From the sequence record PP456877.1: 64,000 nucleotides of DNA. One strand, given 5' to 3'. The notes under the pieces were generated by a model. The model was not told the DNA's origin. It did no database searches and saw only the letters and a program-made list of their open reading frames with translations. Shown here one piece after another: positions 38,088-55,800 of the stretch. Each line of letters begins with the position of its first letter. Position 1 is the stretch's first letter. The position numbers and the translations under genes are program-made.

Positions 38088-38120
38088 TTGATATACCTTT
38101 TAACAAAAAAATTATAAAGA

Positions 38121-38143
38121 AGAGTCCCCGTAATGGGGACTCT
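38121..38143 (-). terminator. intrinsic terminator
   Basis: agagtcccc-gtaat-ggggactct. Confidence 0.8.
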
Positions 38144-38156
38144 ATTATATCGTATT

Positions 38157-38408
38157 TTATTTTTTATCGCGATTAGATGGTGCTAGTTTATAAAACTTCC
38201 GGAATTTATTAATAGACAATGTAAATGAATCTTCCCTACCATCCGGATAACCAAGATAAACATCTCGGCGAGAGAGTTTAATTAGCTTATGCGCTGTAGA
38301 CACGCCATTTCGTTCGACTAGAAAAGTACGACCAATATAATCTTCTAGGTTATCTAGATTAGTTGCAGGGATATATTTAGATTCTTTCAGAGTCAGGGTA
38401 GTGCTCAT
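38157..38408 (-). CDS. hypothetical protein
   Basis: 83 aa ORF. Confidence 0.75.
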   Translation of the reverse strand: MSTTLTLKESKYIPATNLDNLEDYIGRTFLVERNGVSTAHKLIKLSRRDVYLGYPDGREDSFTLSINKFRKFYKLAPSNRDKK

Positions 38409-38445
38409 TTAATTTCTTCACCAATTACGAAATAATAAATTAATT

Positions 38446-39504
38446 TTATTTCCAGAGTGTTTTACCAATTAGATCATTTTCTGCAATGAATGCATCTAAT
38501 TGATGTCCATAGTAAAGTAAACTATGAATTTGTTGATTTAGACGTTCTTTATTTGAACCTAAGAACATCTTGTGCTTTTCACTATCAGGTAGCTGATCGT
38601 AAACTCGTTGGCAGTACTTCTGTGCCACAACCTTACCAGATGCAAGGAAACGATCATCACCTTCGAATAACTGAGGGATAATATTTTCATCAAGATACTT
38701 ACTGATTTCAGCATCTAGATCAAAATTAATAGTGTCATCGGTTGTTGCGACAGTATCTTCTTGCTGTTCATCATTCCATGGTATTTCAGAACTTACACTA
38801 TCATCAAACTGATCACTAGTTGTAGTTTTAGCTAGTTGTTCATCAAATGATGATTGTTTATTTTTCTGTTTATCACGCAGGAAAATAATTGATTCAACAA
38901 TCTCATTAACAATGATGTCTAGATCGCGATTGGTATCTACAACAATTGAACTAGGTTGATTAATTAAGCGTCCATAACCTTCATCTACTTTATTAAAGTA
39001 ACTGGAACCCTTAGACTCATAATAGTCAAGACCTCGGTCGCGCATTTCAATTCGTTTTTTACGAACTTCTTCAGGAGCAGTTAAAAAGAAAGTAGCCGGT
39101 TCTGGAATAGAATGTAGTGTTCCTTGAAGAATATCCATAAATAGTTTTGATAGGTATGGATTAGTTTCTTCAAAAGGTACTACATTAAGAGCATAAGTAG
39201 ATGCAATGAAACGTTCAGTGATAACGATTTTATCATCTTTTAAAGCAGGTCGAATAATGTTTTCTACATTAAGCATCCTACCTGCACTATGCATCAATAC
39301 ATCGAATTCTGGCGGACGAACTTCATCTTTAAATTCTGGCCAAATTAACATTTGTCGAATCTTTTCCGATGTAGCTGTGCCACCTGGTTCACGCATTGCT
39401 ACTACATCGTAATTGCGCTTACGTAGTTCCTCAACAACCATCTTTGTAACAGTTGTTTTACCAACACCTTCAGTTCCTTCGATACATACAAATAAACCAT
39501 TCAT
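38446..39504 (-). CDS. tmk: thymidylate kinase with long C-terminal extension (gp188-like)
   Basis: FVCIEGTEGVGKTT, REPGG, VITERFIAST, DYYES. Confidence 0.95.
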   Translation of the reverse strand: MNGLFVCIEGTEGVGKTTVTKMVVEELRKRNYDVVAMREPGGTATSEKIRQMLIWPEFKDEVRPPEFDVLMHSAGRMLNVENIIRPALKDDKIVITERFIASTYALNVVPFEETNPYLSKLFMDILQGTLHSIPEPATFFLTAPEEVRKKRIEMRDRGLDYYESKGSSYFNKVDEGYGRLINQPSSIVVDTNRDLDIIVNEIVESIIFLRDKQKNKQSSFDEQLAKTTTSDQFDDSVSSEIPWNDEQQEDTVATTDDTINFDLDAEISKYLDENIIPQLFEGDDRFLASGKVVAQKYCQRVYDQLPDSEKHKMFLGSNKERLNQQIHSLLYYGHQLDAFIAENDLIGKTLWK

Positions 39505-39506
39505 TA

Positions 39507-39836
39507 CTAATCCCTCATCCTAAGTTTAATTACTGCTTCAACATTATCTTCTAAATCTTGTTGCGATAATTCTAATGAAGCTCTATAACCTAAGCTATAT
39601 AGAACATCAACTAATACATCAATGCTTAAAGCTGGTAAATTAAACATTTTAATATTCTCACTAAGTTCATCAGAGATGCCTAGTTTAGTGAAAACATCAT
39701 CAATCAATACTTTTTGAGAAATGGCTTTTTGACGGGCAGTTTGTACAATTGCAATAACTAGATTATATTTGATATTGTCAGAATGTGATTTTTTATTATC
39801 ACCATGAACTTCTTTAAATAAATTCTGATCCGCCAT
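39507..39836 (-). CDS. possible XRE/HigA-like helix-turn-helix protein
   Basis: KLGISDE...LSIDVLVDVLYSLG resembles XRE C-terminal pattern FSLD.L...L..LG. Confidence 0.4.
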   Translation of the reverse strand: MADQNLFKEVHGDNKKSHSDNIKYNLVIAIVQTARQKAISQKVLIDDVFTKLGISDELSENIKMFNLPALSIDVLVDVLYSLGYRASLELSQQDLEDNVEAVIKLRMRD

Positions 39837-39905
39837 AATACTCAGTTCCTTAAATTATTAAAATGTACTATTTAGCCATTAAACTTTTTTAATATAAAAA
39901 ATGAC

Positions 39906-39926
39906 CAGTGGGCAATGCACCCACTG
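39906..39926 (-). terminator. intrinsic terminator
   Basis: cagtggg-caatgca-cccactg; T-run follows on -. Confidence 0.7.
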
Positions 39927-39956
39927 ATCTTATTATATTGAAATAGCTAGTATATA

Positions 39957-40361
39957 TTAGCTATTGACATCTTCAAAGAAGCTGGCTACACTTTCAACAA
40001 CGTCAGTCATAGCGCTACTCTTATATTTGGTATCTACAACTGTTACAAGAGCACCACTGCGATCAATGATACCAGAAACAGTTGCACCGCCTGCATTATA
40101 AGAATAACCAAGTTCGGCAATGCTTTCATTTTCTTTCATGTACGGTGCGGCTTTTTCAGCAAATACATAACTTACAGCCGCTGCTAGTTGACCTGCACCT
40201 TCATGTACCTGCGCATACTGCTCGGCAGTAACGCCTGCTGGTTGAAGAACAACTTCTTCAAATAGACCATCAGGGATCTCAAATACCCCGGCATCAGACA
40301 TGCTTACTTTTTCATTTAGGTTGTGGGTTTCGATAAACTTCTTGGTGGTTTCGATGGACAT
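39957..40361 (-). CDS. acidic Ala-rich hypothetical protein
   Basis: 134 aa with own terminator. Confidence 0.8.
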   Translation of the reverse strand: MSIETTKKFIETHNLNEKVSMSDAGVFEIPDGLFEEVVLQPAGVTAEQYAQVHEGAGQLAAAVSYVFAEKAAPYMKENESIAELGYSYNAGGATVSGIIDRSGALVTVVDTKYKSSAMTDVVESVASFFEDVNS

Positions 40362-40391
40362 TTTAGTACTCTCTCTATTTACGGTGGTGGT

Positions 40392-40634
40392 TTAATTTAC
40401 ATCTTTTATCACAAAGCAACTACCATCATTAAAGACAACCTTAATTAGATTATCAGTTAATGGTCGTTTATATACAACACATTTTACATCGGGGAGTTTA
40501 ACTACTTCTTTTAAAGCATCTGGCATACCAATTAGATTAATGGTAGTTAATACTTTATTCAGTGGGCCAAGATGTGAAGTCAGTTCTTGCGCTGACTTAA
40601 TCAAATCTACCATTGTTTTGTCTTTATCTACCAT
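40392..40634 (-). CDS. hypothetical protein (probable start MVDKDK)
   Basis: Track ORF extends to 40685; internal ATG sits just after the upstream stop. Confidence 0.65.
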   Translation of the reverse strand: MVDKDKTMVDLIKSAQELTSHLGPLNKVLTTINLIGMPDALKEVVKLPDVKCVVYKRPLTDNLIKVVFNDGSCFVIKDVN

Positions 40635-40635
40635 G

Positions 40636-41190
40636 CTAGTTACTCGATTTGATATATGAAGTACATACGTCACCCAGATCTTCACCAGAGTCGATCATCC
40701 CACGAGCACCACCAATGGGAGTACCAGGGTGCTCACGCTCGGTTGCTTTAGCCGCGTGTTCAATTGCAACTGGAGACCATCGAGCGGCGACAGCCTCACA
40801 TACACCGATCGAATTCACTCTACGGATCATATGTGCACCAGTATCAATTACACTGAAACTGAGTTCACTAATAATTTCCACTCCTTTTAGTTTATCGATA
40901 CTATCAATAACCTGCGTACTAATTAGATAATTAGCTGTATCGTTATTATACTCAAGCACTAGTTTGAAACTCATTAGGGAGTTATCTTTATCGGTGGCCC
41001 CAGCGATTAACTCATGATTTGAAGTGAGTGTATAGATACAACTACTCTCCTGAGCAGTAATTGGCGATCCTGGTGAAGAACTATATACACTAGGTGCATT
41101 AGCTGTATTTAGTGCAAACTTATTTACAGTGGAATTAGCGCCAGGAACTTTATAACCAATAGGTCTGGCAGTGAAAATTACAACGCTCAT
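40636..41190 (-). CDS. hypothetical early protein
   Basis: 184 aa, GAGG SD, first gene after promoter 41236. Confidence 0.8.
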   Translation of the reverse strand: MSVVIFTARPIGYKVPGANSTVNKFALNTANAPSVYSSSPGSPITAQESSCIYTLTSNHELIAGATDKDNSLMSFKLVLEYNNDTANYLISTQVIDSIDKLKGVEIISELSFSVIDTGAHMIRRVNSIGVCEAVAARWSPVAIEHAAKATEREHPGTPIGGARGMIDSGEDLGDVCTSYIKSSN

Positions 41191-41235
41191 TGTGATTCCT
41201 CTTTACTAGATAGATGGTTTCCTAATTACACACTA

Positions 41236-41243
41236 GTAATATA
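41236..41243 (-). promoter_or_regulatory. early promoter core TATATTAC
   Basis: exact motif within cassette. Confidence 0.75.
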
Positions 41244-41273
41244 AATCTCAAATTTTTTTTAATACGAAATAAA

Positions 41274-41291
41274 GCCTCCCCGAAGGGAGGC
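41274..41291 (-). terminator. intrinsic terminator, cUUCGg loop
   Basis: gcctccc-cgaa-gggaggc. Confidence 0.85.
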
Positions 41292-41298
41292 ATTTATG

Positions 41299-41991
41299 TC
41301 AATTACCACTATAGGTACCTTCAGTACCTTGTTCTTTACGTCTTACGAGGCGTTGATGAATTGCACTAAGAGCACGGTCCATTGAATTAATCACTACCTG
41401 ATTCTCTTCACATGCAAATGGGCCTGCTTGATAACCTTCAAATAAATCTTTAACGATTTTAAGTAGACAGTCAGCAGTTAGGCCATTTACACCAACTTCT
41501 GGAACAAGTCCATTCTGCATTAGGATAACACATTCAGTCAGATTATCACCAGGCATAGCAGCTGGGTTAGTCTGAGCATTATAACCAGTTACCACATAAC
41601 GTTTAGTTGCACCTGATTTCTGATCAATGCCACTTGCTTCAATATTTAGACCATTTTCATCAAAATGTTCATGGCCATAAATACCTTGCATAGTTACCCA
41701 TCCACCATCTTCTTGATAAATCCAATCTACCCCATTTACATGATAAGTATCACCTGGTTCAGGGTCAGCTGGAAGATCTTTAGTAGTGGTTAATGCACGG
41801 ATACGCGCATATTCTTCAATTGCAATTTGTACATCAGTTGCAGTAATTTTCTTCTCAGGTTCAGTAGCTTCGTCTTGCTGAGACTTATCACTACCTTCCT
41901 TTTGGTCATTATCCATATCAGAAGCATCTACTGTACTTTTAGCTTCTTTACTTTCTAAGGAAGCTAACCACTCAAGATTAGGTTTAGACAT
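41299..41991 (-). CDS. tad1: Tad1-like nucleotide-signal sponge domain with N-terminal extension (phiKZ gp184 position)
   Basis: QNG..E.GVNG...LLKIVKD...YQAGPF...EN...AL...R...R...GT aligns with recalled CbTad1; start set at MSKP with GAGGT SD. Confidence 0.7.
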   Translation of the reverse strand: MSKPNLEWLASLESKEAKSTVDASDMDNDQKEGSDKSQQDEATEPEKKITATDVQIAIEEYARIRALTTTKDLPADPEPGDTYHVNGVDWIYQEDGGWVTMQGIYGHEHFDENGLNIEASGIDQKSGATKRYVVTGYNAQTNPAAMPGDNLTECVILMQNGLVPEVGVNGLTADCLLKIVKDLFEGYQAGPFACEENQVVINSMDRALSAIHQRLVRRKEQGTEGTYSGN

Positions 41992-41998
41992 ACTTACC

Positions 41999-42304
41999 TC
42001 AATAAATGAAACCACCAATGTAAAGTGACACTACAACATCGGCAACCCGAGGGTCTTGTGAATATTTAGATTTGACTAGTTTAATAAGTTCGGCTCGATT
42101 TTTAATGAAGCCTAGTTTCTTATTATCAATTTCTTCAGCTTCAATTAGGAAGTCATTTAACTTCTTCTTACTACCCAGTACATTAATCACCATTTGATCA
42201 ATAACTGCATTAGTATTTGATAGTTTAGTTAACTCTTGTTCAAAAACTTCCTTACGTCCTTCTGATCCAATTAGAGCTAGACCGATCTTTTTAAGTAGAG
42301 ACAT
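41999..42304 (-). CDS. hypothetical protein (gp183 position)
   Basis: 101 aa ORF. Confidence 0.75.
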   Translation of the reverse strand: MSLLKKIGLALIGSEGRKEVFEQELTKLSNTNAVIDQMVINVLGSKKKLNDFLIEAEEIDNKKLGFIKNRAELIKLVKSKYSQDPRVADVVVSLYIGGFIY

Positions 42305-42362
42305 GTTAATTACCTATTACATTGGTTTAAGAATGGTTACAATAAATAACTATTCCAAGTAT

Positions 42363-51123
<8,761 letters not shown>

Positions 51124-51153
51124 ATTAAACTCCATTGACGATTAGTAAAGTAT

Positions 51154-51157
51154 CATA
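51154..51157 (-). promoter_or_regulatory. possible late promoter TATG for gp181-like gene
   Basis: TATG on - about 30 nt upstream of start; only a 4-mer. Confidence 0.35.
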
Positions 51158-51198
51158 TCGTTGTTTAACTTAGTATTACCAAAATAGGAAAATAGAAA

Positions 51199-52851
51199 AT
51201 GAAGAAGGCATTAGTTCCTTTTAATATTTCTTTACTTATTCCTACTAAAGAACAATTAAAGTTCTTAGGTCAAGTAAAGAGTCATGAGATATTTGAAGGT
51301 TTAGGTGGTAACTTTCATGAAGATGGTTTGTTCTCTGTTTCCATTTTTGGAAGAGTTGGATCAACTGATCGTGAGAGTTTATTTGGATATATTCATTTAG
51401 GTTTAGAACTTATCCATCCAGCTGTATATCGAAACTTAATTAAATTAAAAGCTTTCTATGAAGAAATTATTCTTGGTAAGGCATTTGCAGTATTTGACGA
51501 ATCTATTAAAGATTTTATCCGCGCCGATGAACTAACTGGTAAAACTGGTTATACATTCTTTTTTGATAACTGGAAACGAATTGACTTTGGGTCCACTAAG
51601 TCAGGGGTTCGGCTATCAAGGTTACAATTAATCGAAAAATATAAAGATAACTGTATTTTTAAAGACATGCTTGTAACACCAGCCGCTTATCGTGATGCAG
51701 AGATTGATGAGAATAATCGTGTTGAGATGGATGAGATCAATGAACACTATAGGTATCTATTAAATCAGTCGTTTGGTGTACCTGATAGCTTTGGACCAAA
51801 TGATGACTTGAGTATCTATGATCGCAAACGAGTAGCAATGCAAAACACCGTATTAGCTATTTATGAACATTATGAACGACTGCTATCCGGTAAACGTGGA
51901 TACATTCAATCTAAATGGGCATCCCGTCGTATTGCCAATGGTACACGTAACGTCATTAGTTCGCTAGATACTAATGCTGCTGATCTTGATTCACCTAATC
52001 GACCAACATTCAAAGATGCCGTAGTTGGCTTACATCAAGCAGCTCGTTCAGTTGCACCGCGTACAATCTTTGCACTAAGGCAAGGTGTAGTTGGTGAAGT
52101 GTTTGATACAGTTACTAACACTGTACAGCTCATCAATAAGAAAACACTACGTTTAGAATGGGTTGATATCTCTAACGAAGATATGGATCTATGGGGAACT
52201 CCTGAAGGGCAAGAACAAATCATCAATGAGTTAGATGTCATTGAAAAACGTTCACGTGCAATTGAAATTGCTGATCATTATCTAGCCCTTATTTACGTTG
52301 ATGATAAACAGAATTTTAAAATATTCCGCAACATCGATGAGTTACCTACTAATCTAAATAAGAAATTTGTTAGACCTATTACTTATGCCGAATTAGTTTA
52401 CCTTAGTGGATTAAGTATGTGGCGAACAAACTCAGCGTTTGTTACACGATATCCTGTAGAAAACTACAATAGCTCTATCCCCTGTAAGATGTATGTTAAA
52501 ACAACCGTAGTGGGTGAATTACGTTATCCGTTAAATGATCAATGGGAACGTGATGATACGTTGGAACCAGCCTTAGAATTCCCTGTGTTTGAATTAAATA
52601 AACCAGCCCAGTGGCATGACTCAGTATCCATCTCTCCTTCTATTCTCGCGCCATTGGGGGCGGATTTCGACGGGGACACTGTATCATTTAACGCAGTTTA
52701 TTCAGAGGAAGCTATCGCTGAAACAGATGCTTTCTTTAAGAAACGTATTGCATATATACATGCCGATGGTCGACTGGCATTTAGTGTTGGTATCCATACA
52801 CTCAATTTAACTCTTCGGTACATGACTGGGGAACCCAAACAAAGGGATTAA
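51199..52851 (+). CDS. virion RNA polymerase beta-prime-like subunit with catalytic motif (gp180-like)
   Basis: GLFSVSIFG, GKRG, LGADFDGDT. Confidence 0.93.
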   Translation: MKKALVPFNISLLIPTKEQLKFLGQVKSHEIFEGLGGNFHEDGLFSVSIFGRVGSTDRESLFGYIHLGLELIHPAVYRNLIKLKAFYEEIILGKAFAVFDESIKDFIRADELTGKTGYTFFFDNWKRIDFGSTKSGVRLSRLQLIEKYKDNCIFKDMLVTPAAYRDAEIDENNRVEMDEINEHYRYLLNQSFGVPDSFGPNDDLSIYDRKRVAMQNTVLAIYEHYERLLSGKRGYIQSKWASRRIANGTRNVISSLDTNAADLDSPNRPTFKDAVVGLHQAARSVAPRTIFALRQGVVGEVFDTVTNTVQLINKKTLRLEWVDISNEDMDLWGTPEGQEQIINELDVIEKRSRAIEIADHYLALIYVDDKQNFKIFRNIDELPTNLNKKFVRPITYAELVYLSGLSMWRTNSAFVTRYPVENYNSSIPCKMYVKTTVVGELRYPLNDQWERDDTLEPALEFPVFELNKPAQWHDSVSISPSILAPLGADFDGDTVSFNAVYSEEAIAETDAFFKKRIAYIHADGRLAFSVGIHTLNLTLRYMTGEPKQRD

Positions 52852-52853
52852 TC

Positions 52854-55800
52854 ATGCGCTTAAATATTACACAGTTTCTGAAAAATTATAGTGTACGCGA
52901 ATATGCTAAACTTCAGTCACCTAAGTTGCATGCTCTAAATAAACTTGATCTACCTTTCGAATCCATTTATCAGTTCTTCGATGGTAATAATGCAGTAATG
53001 GGTCCTAGTCAAACAGACCCATTATTCTCCAAACATCAAGGTAAAGTATATATTGAGCATGTTACTGATATGCTTACATTTGAAGGTAATCCACGTAGGA
53101 CTTCAAATATCCCAGCAACAATGATTCAAGAGTTTCGCCGCCAGAACCGTTTCTTTAAACCTTTACGCAGTGATACCGGTTTTAAATTATCAAACCAGAA
53201 CATTCTGGTAATGAATTATAATTTAATTAACCCTCAATGGAATTATATGGCTTCTTATAAAGCTACATGGTTCCGTTGGTCAAATGACATGCGTACATTC
53301 TGGAGTGGCGTAGCGGCTGCATGTGAACGTTTTCCTGGTTGGAACCAGTTCATTGATGTACACTTACCTGAGTTAGTTCCACCTCCTTCTTCTTTTAATA
53401 AACTACGAGGGGGTTTAACTCAAGATCTAGCTAATCAATTCAATACACCTGATATTCTAAATATATTTGATTTAGTTCGCTGGGTTTCTGATGATCGTGA
53501 AAGTTCTTTCATGAATGTCATCGATGCTAAGTATTACGGTAACATTAATCTTTTATTCCGTGTACAAAGTTCATTCTTTGTTATTAACTTAGGGATGCTT
53601 GATCAATGGCGTCGTGATCCAGAAATTAAAGATGATAAAGGTTATGATACCCAGCAAATAGCTAGGCGCCTTATTTCACTAGTATCAGCGATGGTTGAAT
53701 ATAACCAAGGTAATACTTCATTAATTAAAGAAGATACGCCTATCTTTAATGAAGATATTATTGTTGATGAAGAAACTCCGGTTAGTTATGAAGAAGGTGA
53801 AGCAGAAGAGGTTGAGGATGTTGAGTCTAATAACGTTGAAGAAGAAGTAACTGAAGTTGATGTTATTGATGATGTTCAATTTGACCCAACCAACTTAACT
53901 AACTTAATTGATATTGGCGCAATTGAGGTAACATATACCCCACCACCAGAAAGTGATCTTGAGGTAACAAAGCTTATCATTGAAAAAGATCCACTGGAAT
54001 CTTCACCTTCTCGCCAAATTAAAGAAGAGAAGGAACTCATTGTAACAGATGTACCAGAAGATGAGTTATTCATCAATACTGAAGTTGATGAAGAAGATAA
54101 ACTAATCGATGCCATTAGAGCTAAAGCATACGACATGTATCGCGTGAATATGATTTCTGCGAATACATTCGAGCAAGCTCAAGAAGATTCGATTATGTAT
54201 CGTCGTCTACCTGATCCATTTACCGATCCTAATGATGAATCAGTAGAACCTATGACGATCGCTGAGGCGATGGAATATCATCCAGATGATCTTAAGATTC
54301 CAGAAGACACCACTTTTGAAGATAAGCCAACCATTGTTGATAAATCAATGTTGGGTAGTAAGTTAAAAGCCATCCAACGCAAATACAACAAGGTCTTATT
54401 AAAGAAAGATATTTTAAACAGTGTGTTATCTGTTCAGAAACAAGGCGTATCAGTAACTAATTACAAAATTGAAACTGTACGCGATTCTGGTAACCATTAC
54501 CAAATCCACAAAGTTACATTAAAGCCTATTCGTGGTAGAAGTTCACAAGTAATGTTCCGTATCCCTGTCATTGATAATGACGGTAGGTTCATGTCTAATG
54601 GGGTAACATATCGCCAACGTTTACAACGTGCTGATATTCCAATTCGTAAAGTTAATCCACGTAAAGTTGCATTGACCTCTTATTATAATAAGACCTTTGT
54701 GACCAGATCTGAACGTGCTGAAAACAACTTTGATAATTGGTTAATCAGAGCGATTACCAACCGTGCATTAGATGGAAGTGATATGTCTGTACATTCAGTT
54801 ACCTATGCTGAATTAGATCAATCCAACTATGTTCTACCAAGGGTGTACACTACTTTAGGAACAGCTTTTAAAGGCTTCCATAATCACCGTAATGTGTTCT
54901 ATTTTAATTTCAAAGATCGTAATGAATTCTTTGCAAAACAAGGATTACATATCGAAGATTATGAAACTGATGATTTGATAATGGTGGGGTTCAATGGCAC
55001 TGATGCTATCTTGTTAGATAAGAATTCCATCTTTTACATGAAAACAGGTAATGAGCTAGAACCTATTGGTACCATTACAGATATACTTGGCTTAGATCTA
55101 ACCAAAGCGCCGTTAGAAGCTATTCTAATGTCAATTGGTGGTAAAGAGCTACCATTAGGTTTCATTTTAGCATATCACCATGGCTTAAACAATCTACTTA
55201 AGAAGTTGAATGTTAATTATCAGCGTCATCAGCGTGGTACCAGGATTGTTGTCAATAGTACGGATTATACATTAGCGTTCGCTGATGAGATCCTAGTATT
55301 TGATCGAGCTGATTATAAAGCAATGCTTGTATTAAGTGGACTCAAACGTTATCATAAATCACTGCGGCGTTATTCTGTTTATGATTTCAATAAACGAGAT
55401 GTTTACTTCAGGGTTCTTGAAGAAGCTGGATTAAGTAATAGATTTACACGTGATATTGATACACTCTTCTCAGCATGGGTCGATCCAATCACTGAGGGTC
55501 TACTCAAGGAGATGGGTGAACCAACTACTTTTGAAGGATTGCTTTATCGGTCTGTCGAGTTATTAACGAACGACTGGAGTCCAGCAGAAGTAGATGGTGC
55601 ATATATGCGCTATCGTGGTTATGAGCGCATGGCAGGGGCTATTTTTAATGAACTCAATAGAGCGGTACGTGTATTTAATATGCGTAATGGTGGGTCAGTG
55701 CAAACTGTCGAGTTAGATCCACACGTGATCTGGCGCAAGATTGTACAAGATCCGACAGTAGCCACTATTGAAGATTCTAACCCCATTGCAAATATCCGTG

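Noticed and set aside
411-41291. Recurring cctccccgaagggagg units as a CRISPR array or insertion-sequence ends
   Set aside because: Dispersed single palindromes at gene ends, with no regular spacers and no transposase; they are terminators
41299-41991. Acb2 assignment
   Set aside because: Motifs match Tad1 (QAGPF, EN, C-terminal GT) rather than Acb2 as I recall it
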